From NCBI GenBank assembly GCA_049287045.1, contig JBAQFC010000010.1:78179-142178 (forward strand): a stretch of DNA of 64,000 nucleotides, given 5' to 3'. The translations under genes and the position numbers were made by a program. This DNA comes from Minisyncoccia bacterium (GTDB taxonomy: Bacteria; Patescibacteriota; Minisyncoccia; Phycocordibacterales; UBA9973). The notes beneath the pieces were generated by a model. The model was not told where the DNA came from. It saw only the letters and a program-made list of their open reading frames with translations, and did not search any database. Within the stretch, counting starts at the first letter, position 1. The number at the start of each line of letters is the position of its first letter. Shown in pieces: positions 55,380 to 64,000 of this stretch.

Positions 55380-55752
55380 AATGTTATATAGAAAAAATAT
55401 TTCAAAAAATATTTCCTTATAACTTGAACCTAATAGAGGTTGCTCAATTAGATCAGGTTGCGGTCTCAACCACAATAATAAATTCTTAAATCAATAAAAT
55501 AATTTATCTAAAAATTAACAACATACCACCAAATTCATTTTTAAATGAAGACTGGTCAGAATATGACAACAGAAAAATAAGAGACAATCGAGATGGGAAA
55601 TTTTTTGCCTGTACGGAATCTTGGGAAAAAGATTATCTAAAAAGAAAAATTCGAAACAGGTTTCCTTCCTTCTCTGAGATTATCATTAGCAATGCAATTG
55701 AACAATGTTGCAAAACCATTGGGTCTCCTCATCCAAGAAGAGTTTTTGTTGA

Positions 55753-56079
55753 ATGCGTTTTAAAAAGATTAGGAATCATTTAAAAATATATGAGATGGAA
55801 TTATACAATAAATCCAATATGCTTTATAACGATTATAATTGGAAAGCAAAATATGAACATGATGACCCTAAAATCACTGGAGAGCCTGACAGTTCATTGC
55901 TCAGTAGACATGAAGGGTATGAGATGCTATATTTTATAAATAAGTTCGCGGAGATCCATTCGCTAAAACAAGTGAATACCTGCCAGAGAATTGAAGAATT
56001 AATTAGAAAAAAACTCCCATCTGATATCAGAAGCCAAATAAAAGTTAAAGAATGGCTTGAAACAAATTGGGATAAATAA
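55753..56079 (+). CDS. Hypothetical protein overlapping the CD-NTase gene start by 23 nt. Possible accessory.
   Basis: 108-aa ORF. Overlap suggests co-transcription. Confidence 0.4.
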   Translation: MRFKKIRNHLKIYEMELYNKSNMLYNDYNWKAKYEHDDPKITGEPDSSLLSRHEGYEMLYFINKFAEIHSLKQVNTCQRIEELIRKKLPSDIRSQIKVKEWLETNWDK

Positions 56080-57121
56080 ACTGAATATGATAAAAAATTA
56101 TACGCAAAGACTTGATAAACTTAAAAAGAGAAGAACAGATGATATCCTGCAAAAGGCTTACCTTTCTGAATCTTTCGGCAAGTCCGAATTTAAGGAAAGT
56201 GTAAAATATACACTTGAATCAATGAAAGCAATTGAAGCAAGCTATACGAAAAATACATTTTTAGCTTCAGAGAAAGTGCAAACCAATTTGTCCAAAGGGT
56301 TTACTGAAAAAAATATTAAAGTGACATACCGTCATCAAGGATCGGTTGAAACCAATACTAGTATTAAGCTGCATAGCGATATTGATTTATTAGTAATTAC
56401 TGGTAAATACTTTTCATTGGAACCTCCTCAGATTCCAGCAAATCCGTACACAGGTGATCCTTTGGATGACTTAAAAGAATTAAGAACAGTCTCTTTTTCA
56501 CTTTTGACTGGTATTTACAAAAAAGTAAATGATTCAAAGCCCAAAGCAATTCAGGTATTTCCAACAGAACCTGATAGAAAAGTAGATGTTGTTGTTGCTA
56601 ATTGGTATCATTCCCTGGAGTACTACGCTAACGGAAGTACCGACAGATTTATTGGAATTCATATTTATGATAAAAATCAACATTCAAGGAAAGCAGATTT
56701 TCCTTTTTTGCATATTTCAAAACTAAATGAAAAGGATATCCTAGCAAAAGGGGGATTGAAAAAGCTCATACGGTTATTGAAGACTTTAAAAGTGGATGCA
56801 GATTCTGAGATTAATTTATCGAGTTTTGAAATAACGAGCATGATGTTTGAGATGTCATTAGTGTCTCTTATAAAATCTGAATCACAGTCTTTGCTTCTGT
56901 TACCTGAAGCCAGCAAACAATTGGATAAAATTATTACGGATAAGGTTTATAGGGAAAACCTATACTCTCCAAATGGCAAAGAATTAGTTTTCGGAATAAA
57001 CACAGAGAAGATTGTTGAAATAAAAAAATTAAAACTGGAACTGGATGAATTAATCCAGGATATTACCGAAGACTTATCTAAGTCATTCAGAAAAATTGAT
57101 GCCCAATTTATTTATTCTTAA
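56057..57121 (+). CDS. SMODS/CD-NTase-like nucleotidyltransferase (CBASS-like cyclic-oligonucleotide synthase candidate).
   Basis: Pol-beta-type NTase core 'HQGSVETNTSIKLHSDIDLLVI' (GS...DxD) with third acidic residue in 'VDVVVANW'. Adjacent overlapping effector gene. Confidence 0.65.
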   Translation: MKQIGINKLNMIKNYTQRLDKLKKRRTDDILQKAYLSESFGKSEFKESVKYTLESMKAIEASYTKNTFLASEKVQTNLSKGFTEKNIKVTYRHQGSVETNTSIKLHSDIDLLVITGKYFSLEPPQIPANPYTGDPLDDLKELRTVSFSLLTGIYKKVNDSKPKAIQVFPTEPDRKVDVVVANWYHSLEYYANGSTDRFIGIHIYDKNQHSRKADFPFLHISKLNEKDILAKGGLKKLIRLLKTLKVDADSEINLSSFEITSMMFEMSLVSLIKSESQSLLLLPEASKQLDKIITDKVYRENLYSPNGKELVFGINTEKIVEIKKLKLELDELIQDITEDLSKSFRKIDAQFIYS

Positions 57122-58058
57122 TGTTATGAAACCAAGAATTTTTATCGGCTCCTCAGGAGAAGGGATAGATATCGCTAACTATGTAAAATCTTTATTGCAA
57201 ATTGATTTTGAGGTATATTTATGGACGGATGATATTTTTAAAGCTAATAAAAGTTTTTTAGATACCTTATTGAAGGAAGCCGGGTATTTTGATTTTGGAA
57301 TATTAATAGCCACAAAAGATGATTATACTAAATCAAGGGATAAGTCATTTGATGTTCCTCGTGACAATGTAATTTTTGAATTCGGGCTTTTCCTTGGACG
57401 ATTGGGGCCATCAAGAGCTTTTATTATCCAAGAAGAAGATGCAAAGCTTCCTTCTGATTTATTTGGAATTACAATTCCTCGCTTTAAGAAAATGCTTGAT
57501 ATTTCTAATTCAGATAGCTTGAACAAAGAGATTGAAAAAATTAAACAAACAATTCAAGAAAAATTTACATTGGGTGAATTAGGATTACTACCATCTACAG
57601 CGCTTGCAATTGGATATTATTATAATTTTATTTCAACTGTTTGTGAAACACTTCAGGCAAAAAAGGAAATTGAAGTTGGAGGCAAAAGATTCCTGCAATT
57701 TGAAATAAATGTTGTTTTACCTAAAGCACTGGACTCTGATATAAAAAAGAGGGCGACTATTTATTTTAGAAGGAATGAATTAACTCAAATTCAGTTTGAT
57801 TCATCAGGCAGAAGTTTTCCGGTGTTCGTAACATATGATAATGAAGCAAATGGAGTGTTAAAACTATATGATATGCCAACTACTTTGAATGGAATTGACA
57901 AAGCAATTGAAATGTACATGCAAAAAGGACATGTTGGTAAATCATCGCAACAAAAATTACTAGAGGAAAGAGAGTTAAGAAATTTTCAGCAAACATTACA
58001 AAATTTAATCAATAATGACGCTTTTACAAAAGATAATGTTAAAATAATTTTGGAATAA
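57096..58058 (+). CDS. TIR-like (pfam10137-type) N-terminal effector domain plus C-terminal candidate nucleotide-sensor domain (STING-like size).
   Basis: N-terminal 'KPRIFIGSSGEGIDIANYV' resembles the TIR-like 'KVFIVHG' start. 26-nt overlap with the CD-NTase gene. C-terminal domain is about 160 aa. Confidence 0.5.
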   Translation: MMPNLFILNVMKPRIFIGSSGEGIDIANYVKSLLQIDFEVYLWTDDIFKANKSFLDTLLKEAGYFDFGILIATKDDYTKSRDKSFDVPRDNVIFEFGLFLGRLGPSRAFIIQEEDAKLPSDLFGITIPRFKKMLDISNSDSLNKEIEKIKQTIQEKFTLGELGLLPSTALAIGYYYNFISTVCETLQAKKEIEVGGKRFLQFEINVVLPKALDSDIKKRATIYFRRNELTQIQFDSSGRSFPVFVTYDNEANGVLKLYDMPTTLNGIDKAIEMYMQKGHVGKSSQQKLLEERELRNFQQTLQNLINNDAFTKDNVKIILE

Positions 58059-58238
58059 TTTTAATTTTTTGTCGATTCAAACGTGAGTTTCGATCGATAA
58101 AAAAAGTTGTTAACATGACCAGAAAATAAAACAAATTCTATAAAAAATGAGAACGATAGAAAATTGTTTATTAATGTTCATTTTTGTGCAGATATCATAG
58201 ACTCTCATTATCTCGGTTAACTCGGTAAATTAATTCTT

Positions 58239-58439
58239 ATGGAAAAAAAGAAATCTCCTTTTAAAGAAAGCTTTACTCAAGGTATGGGAAGCGAAATTGG
58301 TAAAAGGACAGCAACAATTATTATTAGTATAATACTCGTCCTTATTCTTTCTTTTTGGGGGTTATTTCGAAGCGAAACATCATCTTCAGAAAATCAAGCG
58401 CCAATTAAAGTTGCTGGGAAAAATGGAAATACTGATTAA
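58239..58439 (+). CDS. Small membrane protein.
   Basis: TM 'TATIIISIILVLILSFWGLF'. Confidence 0.35.
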   Translation: MEKKKSPFKESFTQGMGSEIGKRTATIIISIILVLILSFWGLFRSETSSSENQAPIKVAGKNGNTD

Positions 58440-58464
58440 ATCATTGAACAAATAAAAATAAAAG

Positions 58465-58962
58465 ATGAAAGCAAGTCTACATTTAGTAATTATTTTATTC
58501 AGCATGTTAGTATTATTGAATGGGTGTAAAAAAGAAGGTCCGGAGGGGCCTGCTGGAAAAGATGGAAATGCAAATGTTCAATCAAGTACAATTACCTTCT
58601 CAACTTGGCTATGGGACGGAACAAATAATTATGATTATTCTGATTTTACATGGGCTGCAATAACATCATCAATTGTTGATAAAGGTGCAGTCCTTGTTTA
58701 TGTTAATACTCCAGGCGGTTGGGCTCCTCTTCCTCGAACAATTTACCCATCAGCTACATATTCAGAAAGTCAAAGATTTATATATAATGTAGGAACTTTC
58801 AGGATAATTGTTCAAGATTCGGATTTGACCCAACCAAGTCCAGCTCTCGGATCATGGACTATAAAAATATTGACTATTGAAAGTAAAACAATGGTAGCAA
58901 ACTCAAATTTAGATTGGAGTAATTATAATGCTGTAAAAATAAGATTCGAATTAACGGATTAA
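58465..58962 (+). CDS. Lipoprotein with a short collagen-like G-x-x stretch.
   Basis: 'MKASLHLVIILFSMLVLLNGC' lipobox, then 'GPEGPAGKDGNAN'. Confidence 0.5.
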   Translation: MKASLHLVIILFSMLVLLNGCKKEGPEGPAGKDGNANVQSSTITFSTWLWDGTNNYDYSDFTWAAITSSIVDKGAVLVYVNTPGGWAPLPRTIYPSATYSESQRFIYNVGTFRIIVQDSDLTQPSPALGSWTIKILTIESKTMVANSNLDWSNYNAVKIRFELTD

Positions 58963-59098
58963 TTTATAACCACTTTTATTCAAAAAAAATTCCTTCATAG
59001 ATTTAATCACCAATCGAAATAAAAGGAATTATCTGATAATGGCAGAAAATGCTATTAGTTAAACGCAACCAAATTTCCTTTTATGTTGCTAAAATTGA

Positions 59099-60877
59099 TT
59101 GAAAAATTTAAATTTGTTTATGACTTTATACAGAACAATTTTAGTTAAGTTACTTATTATTTCTTTTGTTGTTTTATCAGAAAATCTTTGGTGCCAATCA
59201 AATTCTAAAAAACAACAGCTCCCCGCGGATTCAGATCACGAATTTGACAATGGTTCTCAAATTGTGAATATTCCTCTAACTCCAGAAAAAATTGAAGATT
59301 TAATGTTGCTTGGAAAACTTTGGGGCTTCCTTAAATACTATCACCCGGCAATAGCTGAAGGGAGATATAACTGGGATTATGAACTCTTTCGCATATTACC
59401 CCAAATTATGGATAGTAAAAGCCTCGAAGAAAGAAACCATATTCTCTTAACCTGGGTTGATAAATTAGGTAAAGTTGAAAAAGGACACCAAGAAAAGCTC
59501 GATAGTTCAAGAATTAAACTCTATCCTGATATAGGATGGATAACAGCCGAGAGTTTTTTAGGAAAAGAACTTTCTACTAAATTAGAGAAAATTAATTCTG
59601 CTGAAAGAAAGGAGGAAAATTGCTATGTTTCCCTAATCCCACATGTACAAAATCCAGATTTTTCAAATGAAAAACCATACAGCAAAATATTATTTCCAGA
59701 CTTAGGTTTTCGTTTACTTGCTTTATATAGGTATTGGAATATTATTGAATATTATAATCCCAACAGACATCTTATTGGAAAAAACTGGGATTCTGTTCTT
59801 TACGAATTTATTCCGAAATTTATTAATGTCTCAAACACTCTAGAATATAAGTTATGTGTCTTAAATTTAATATCACGTATTAATGATACTCATGCTGATT
59901 TATATGGCGATCCCGATATAGAAAAGTTCAAAGGATTATATACTGTGCCATATATCGTCTCTTTTATTGAAAATAAGCCTGTAATAATTGATTATGTTCG
60001 TAATAATGGCATTTTAGATTCTACTTTACGAAAAGGGGACGTAATCCTTGATATTAATTCCGTAGACATAGCAACCATTATTAAACAAAGATTATCTTAC
60101 ACTTCGGGTTCAAATTATGCCGTGCAATTGCGTAAAATTTCATCTGATCTTTTAAGAATAAATGATTCTACTCTTAATATAACTTATCAAAGAGATAGTA
60201 TAATAAAGAATGTTACTATCTCAACAATAACAAAAAGAATTGCTAACAACTATCATCAAATTAAACAGAGTGATTCCTGTTACAAAATTATTACTCCTCA
60301 CATTGGTTATATATATCCCGGGAATATAAAAAAAATATATTTCGATTCTATTATGGATAAGTTTGCTAATACAAAAGGGATTATTATTGATTTACGATAC
60401 TATCCACAAGAATCAATTATACATGAATTGGACAAATATTTGTTTCCAAAACCGGTAGCTTTTGAAATATCATCTACAGGAAGTATAAGCACACCAGGCC
60501 TATTTATGTTACGGAAACAACCCAATCTTGTTGGGGGCAACAAGCCAGGAGCCCTGTATAAAGGAAAAATTATTCTGTTAGTAAATGAAAATACCCAGAG
60601 CCATGCCGAGTTTACAGCCATGGCATTTAGTCAATATGACAAAACTATGGTAATTGGCAGCACCACAGCAGGGGCAGACGGAAATATTTCATGGTTTTAT
60701 TTACCTGGTGGAATACGTACACTTATTAGTGGAATTGGTATTTATTATCCGGATGGAAAAGAAACTCAAAGAATTGGTATTCTTGCCAATCTAAATGTTA
60801 AGCCAACAATAAAGGGAATAAAAGAAGGACGCGATGAATTACTAGAAAAAGCTGTGGAGATCCTAAACGCAAAATGA
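59099..60877 (+). CDS. S41-family (C-terminal processing / tail-specific-like) serine peptidase.
   Basis: N-terminal signal/TM. C-terminal 'ILLVNENTQSHAEFTAMAF...GSTTAGADG' fits the S41 Ser/Lys dyad region. Confidence 0.6.
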   Translation: MKNLNLFMTLYRTILVKLLIISFVVLSENLWCQSNSKKQQLPADSDHEFDNGSQIVNIPLTPEKIEDLMLLGKLWGFLKYYHPAIAEGRYNWDYELFRILPQIMDSKSLEERNHILLTWVDKLGKVEKGHQEKLDSSRIKLYPDIGWITAESFLGKELSTKLEKINSAERKEENCYVSLIPHVQNPDFSNEKPYSKILFPDLGFRLLALYRYWNIIEYYNPNRHLIGKNWDSVLYEFIPKFINVSNTLEYKLCVLNLISRINDTHADLYGDPDIEKFKGLYTVPYIVSFIENKPVIIDYVRNNGILDSTLRKGDVILDINSVDIATIIKQRLSYTSGSNYAVQLRKISSDLLRINDSTLNITYQRDSIIKNVTISTITKRIANNYHQIKQSDSCYKIITPHIGYIYPGNIKKIYFDSIMDKFANTKGIIIDLRYYPQESIIHELDKYLFPKPVAFEISSTGSISTPGLFMLRKQPNLVGGNKPGALYKGKIILLVNENTQSHAEFTAMAFSQYDKTMVIGSTTAGADGNISWFYLPGGIRTLISGIGIYYPDGKETQRIGILANLNVKPTIKGIKEGRDELLEKAVEILNAK

Positions 60878-63612
60878 CAATGAAGTTATTTCCTTATCCA
60901 TTAATACGAGTGGCTGGTCTTCCATTTGATTTAATTAATATTAAAAGTGCTACAAGAGTTGAATTAAATAAATTAATAGATGATTATCAAAATAGTAATT
61001 CTGAACAGGAGGAAAAGAAAAAAGAATTAGATAATTCTCTTTACGAATTAATTAATAAGGAAAAAGATGTAAAAATTCGAAAAGAAATTTTGAATATTAA
61101 AAGAGATATATTTAATGATAGATTTATAATAGGGCGACATTCATTGGAAGTTGTAAATGAAGAACTAAATAATTCTCTGTATTTATTTTCCTTTAAACAA
61201 AATAAATATGAAAAAGATATTGAAAAAGGCAAAATTTGTTACAATAGAATTCTTGATGAAGAAAGATTAAACCTTAAATATATATTTGAGCAATTTGAGT
61301 TAAAAAATGCATTATTGCTCTCAAGTAGTGATTTGTTGAATAATATTAATAAATACGATCCTTATATCAAAATAAAAAATAAAAAATTTCATCAACTTGA
61401 AGCAAGTATGTATAAATATGCTACAAGAATTTGTTCCAAGACTTCTCCGTTCAGTACATTTACATCCGTTGGATTAGCAAACTTTTCAGATGTGCCAAAC
61501 CATAATCTTATTGTTGCAGGCACCTCACAACGATCAATTTCGCTTATTAGATTTAATTCATTAATATTCAGACAAATTATCATTTGTCTTAAAGCAAATA
61601 AATTTTACAGACAATTTTTTTTTATTACGTTAAATTCTTCAATAACTTTAAAAGGCGATCATTATTTATTCCTTATAAACCGGTATAATAAGGAAACTTT
61701 TCAAAGATTAAGTTATAATAGGATTCTTAAAGTCATACACAAAAAATTATCAATTAAAAAAAAACTCACATTTAATGATATTAAAAAATATATCAAAAAC
61801 AAAGTAGAGGAGGACGAAGGGGAGATAGAGAATTATTTGTTAGAATTAATTAATTATGGTTTTTTGGAAATACAAATTGGAATTTCAGAAATAGATTCTT
61901 CTTGGGATACAAAATTAATGGACTTTCTGAAAAAGTGTGATATTAAAGACAATTTGCTCGGATCCAAATTATTATCATTAATTAAATGGAAGGAGAAATA
62001 TATTAATACTGAAAATTATACGGAGAGGAGAAGTATATTACTGGATCTTCATAAATCATACAAAGAAATATTATATATAACCCTTATTGATAGTGATTAT
62101 TTTATTAAGAGTAATAATAATATTTATTATTTTTATAGACGCCCACTTGATCAAAACAATATTCTAGATTTTACATTCAAAGAAATTGCGCTTGAAAATA
62201 TAATATTTGAAGATGTAAGAAAGGACATTGGTCTTGATATTTCTTTTAAAAAAGTTGAAGAAATTGCCCAAAAATTTAATCGACTTACGAATGAAACAAA
62301 ACTATTCAAAATTTATAATTTAGAATCTTTTAATGCATTTAATTATTATAAAACCACCTATAAGGAAACAAATATTGATTTACTTACATTTTACGAAGAT
62401 TACTTTAGAAATAAATACGAAAAACAATTTATTATTAATTCGGATCTTGGTAATAATATTCCAAACAAAAAGAATGTTGAAATTCCTCAACAGATTAAAG
62501 TTATAAATAATAATAAAATAAAATGGAAAAAGAGTTTTGAAAGTGGTGCAAAACAAATTGATAATAATTTTCAGTTTCATTTCAATGAAATATATTTAAA
62601 TGAGATTAATAAAAAAAGTGACACTCTATGTTTTAATAGTAAGTCAAAAAACTCATTCAGTTCTTTTGTTCAGTTTTATTATTCTGGCGATCATAAAAAT
62701 GGAAAACAATTAATGGCTGTATTTAGTCCTGCAACATACGGCTATGGTAAATTATATAGCCGATTTTTAAATTTATTTCCAAAAGAAGTATTACAAGAAA
62801 TGAAAAATTGGAATAATAAATTACTCAGTGAAACTGAAATATTTGTTGAGAACTCTGATTCAACTGTTTTTAACGCCAACCTTCACCCTCCAATTATGGA
62901 TTATGAAATAAATATTCCAGGTGGAAATAATTTATTTATGAAAAATCATCAAATCCGAGTGTCAGATATAACTATAAAAATTAATGATAAAACGCAAAAA
63001 TTAGAACTTTCTCATAAATTATCCGGTAAATCTATAACAATTTTTGATTTATGTCTACAAGGAAATAAAGGGCGTTCCAATTTATTTCAGTTATTAGAAA
63101 TATTTTCCAGAGCTGAACACTTAGGTAATTTTTATTTAGCAATTTTCAATGAAACTTTTGGAGTTGATTTAGAGGTGAAGAATTATTTTGGAAAAAAAAT
63201 TAAACATTATCCTAGGATAATATTCGATGAGTGTATTGTTGTTCAAAGGAAATATTGGATCATTCCGAGGGAATGTATACCAAGCGTTCAAAAAGATTCC
63301 AATTTTAATTCCTTTTTTGTATTTAATGGTTGGAGAAAAGAGTTAGGATTGCCTAATGAAGTCTTTGTTCGTATAAATAGAAGACCTGACTATTCAAAAA
63401 TCCCTGCTGAAAAAAAACGCAAACAAGATGATTATAAACCACAATACATTAATTTTATGAGTCCACTGTCTGTTATTTATTTTGAAAAACTTATTCGTAA
63501 GGTTAACAATGAATTTACGATAGAAGAAATGCTACCTAACTCCGAACAGTTGTTTACTATTAATAATAGGAAAACAGTTACAGAATTTCTAATTCAATGG
63601 AATAACCAATGA
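60874..63612 (+). CDS. Lanthipeptide/thiopeptide-type dehydratase, LanB N-terminal (glutamylation) domain. Split-LanB large subunit.
   Basis: N-terminal 'LFPYPLIRVAGLPFDL' and 'YKYATRICSKTSPFSTFTSVGLANF', comparable to NisB 'FLVRNTIL' and 'RSTPFGLF'. 912 aa. ATGA overlap with the next gene. Confidence 0.7.
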   Translation: MTMKLFPYPLIRVAGLPFDLINIKSATRVELNKLIDDYQNSNSEQEEKKKELDNSLYELINKEKDVKIRKEILNIKRDIFNDRFIIGRHSLEVVNEELNNSLYLFSFKQNKYEKDIEKGKICYNRILDEERLNLKYIFEQFELKNALLLSSSDLLNNINKYDPYIKIKNKKFHQLEASMYKYATRICSKTSPFSTFTSVGLANFSDVPNHNLIVAGTSQRSISLIRFNSLIFRQIIICLKANKFYRQFFFITLNSSITLKGDHYLFLINRYNKETFQRLSYNRILKVIHKKLSIKKKLTFNDIKKYIKNKVEEDEGEIENYLLELINYGFLEIQIGISEIDSSWDTKLMDFLKKCDIKDNLLGSKLLSLIKWKEKYINTENYTERRSILLDLHKSYKEILYITLIDSDYFIKSNNNIYYFYRRPLDQNNILDFTFKEIALENIIFEDVRKDIGLDISFKKVEEIAQKFNRLTNETKLFKIYNLESFNAFNYYKTTYKETNIDLLTFYEDYFRNKYEKQFIINSDLGNNIPNKKNVEIPQQIKVINNNKIKWKKSFESGAKQIDNNFQFHFNEIYLNEINKKSDTLCFNSKSKNSFSSFVQFYYSGDHKNGKQLMAVFSPATYGYGKLYSRFLNLFPKEVLQEMKNWNNKLLSETEIFVENSDSTVFNANLHPPIMDYEINIPGGNNLFMKNHQIRVSDITIKINDKTQKLELSHKLSGKSITIFDLCLQGNKGRSNLFQLLEIFSRAEHLGNFYLAIFNETFGVDLEVKNYFGKKIKHYPRIIFDECIVVQRKYWIIPRECIPSVQKDSNFNSFFVFNGWRKELGLPNEVFVRINRRPDYSKIPAEKKRKQDDYKPQYINFMSPLSVIYFEKLIRKVNNEFTIEEMLPNSEQLFTINNRKTVTEFLIQWNNQ

Positions 63613-64000
63613 ACTCAGATTATAAGGATAATTGGCTATGTTTATTTATTTTCGTAAAGCCTCCTTTTGAGAAGATCCTTACAGAGTGTCTGTACCCAAT
63701 TATTTGGAATCTTTCAAGTAAACATTTTATTGATAAGTTTTTTTTTATCCGATATGGCGAAGGAGGGGCTCATATAAGGTTTAGAATTTTGTTTAAAAAT
63801 TTCAAATATTTATCTCTATCAAATGCACGAATCACGGATAACATTCTTAGATATATTACTTTGAATAATTTGGAATGCAGTTCTGCAAGTAGTAAATATA
63901 TTACCGTTAATATTTATGAGCCAGAATTCGATAGATATGGCGGAAGAGATGGTATTGAGATTGCTGAAAAAATATTCAATAAATCTTCAGACACAGTTCT
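63609..64000 (+). CDS. LanB C-terminal (SpaB_C / thiopeptide-type elimination) domain protein. 3'-partial at window end and absent from the ORF track.
   Basis: Translation from ATG 63609 gives 'MNSDYKDNWLCLFIFVKPPFEK...FFFIRYGEGGAHIRFRILFKN', matching the 'FF.RY....HIRLR' motif of LanB elimination domains. No stop before the window end. Confidence 0.65.
   Translation, partial: MNSDYKDNWLCLFIFVKPPFEKILTECLYPIIWNLSSKHFIDKFFFIRYGEGGAHIRFRILFKNFKYLSLSNARITDNILRYITLNNLECSSASSKYITVNIYEPEFDRYGGRDGIEIAEKIFNKSSDTV

Noticed and set aside
55490-55792. ATG-less open frame (about 100 codons, '...EDWSEYDNRKIRDNRDGKFFACTESWEKDYLKRKIRNRFPSF...KRLGII') upstream of the CBASS-like operon.
   Set aside because: No in-frame ATG/GTG/TTG start with plausible context was found. 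It may be a gene remnant or chance frame, so it is not called.
1-64000. CRISPR arrays, rRNA genes and canonical tRNAs.
   Set aside because: No array of regularly spaced identical direct repeats with unique spacers, no rRNA-like conserved blocks, and no complete cloverleaf tRNA were recognised by eye. The tandem protein-coding repeats (29.9-32.8 kb, 35.0-36.0 kb) and the 12-nt AAAATCACACT repeats do not have CRISPR geometry.

Overview
AT-rich window (about 30-35% GC by eye) with Bacteroidetes hallmarks: two large proteins carry type IX secretion (T9SS) C-terminal sorting domains, lipobox lipoproteins are common, and the mobilization genes resemble Bacteroides MobA/MobB/MobC.

Layout:
(1) 1-1079: 3' part of a sensor histidine kinase.
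(2) about 1.1-18.0 kb: an accessory defence-island-like block. It starts with a GC-rich structured RNA-like segment, then a phage-like replication/Dam-methylase module, a disrupted OLD-family ATPase-TOPRIM nuclease, an uncharacterized overlapping two-gene operon (641 aa + 564 aa), and a 1209-aa KAP-family P-loop NTPase coupled to a PUA/EVE-like protein. Repeated hairpin terminators and a few unknown genes are interspersed.
(3) about 18.0-29.9 kb: an integrative mobilizable element. It opens with a tRNA-like 3' fragment plus terminator flanked by 12-nt 'AAAATCACACT' repeats, and carries an excisionase-like HTH, a tyrosine integrase, a TraG/VirD4-like coupling protein, a MobA-like protein, a relaxase, an ArdC-like antirestriction protein and an XRE regulator.
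(4) 29.9-37.5 kb: two paralogous T9SS cargo proteins (beta-propeller-like repeats, Ig-like repeats, near-identical CTDs) with two lipoproteins between them.
(5) 37.9-40.5 kb: a STAND (NB-ARC + TPR) NTPase.
(6) 40.5-43.7 kb: a ROK kinase / inositol monophosphatase / GDPD-like operon preceded by a GC-rich structured leader.
(7) 43.9-53.4 kb: mostly minus-strand genes, including a PHP-phosphoesterase fused to an SMC/ABC-like ATPase (Ppl-like single-gene defence architecture).
(8) 55.7-58.1 kb: a minimal CBASS-like operon (SMODS/CD-NTase-like nucleotidyltransferase plus TIR-like effector) with an overlapping small upstream ORF.
(9) 58.2-64.0 kb: a RiPP cluster with an S41 peptidase translationally coupled to a split LanB dehydratase. 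The elimination-domain gene runs off the window end and is absent from the ORF track.

No rRNA, canonical tRNA or CRISPR array was found. All domain calls come from motif recognition by eye, not database searches.
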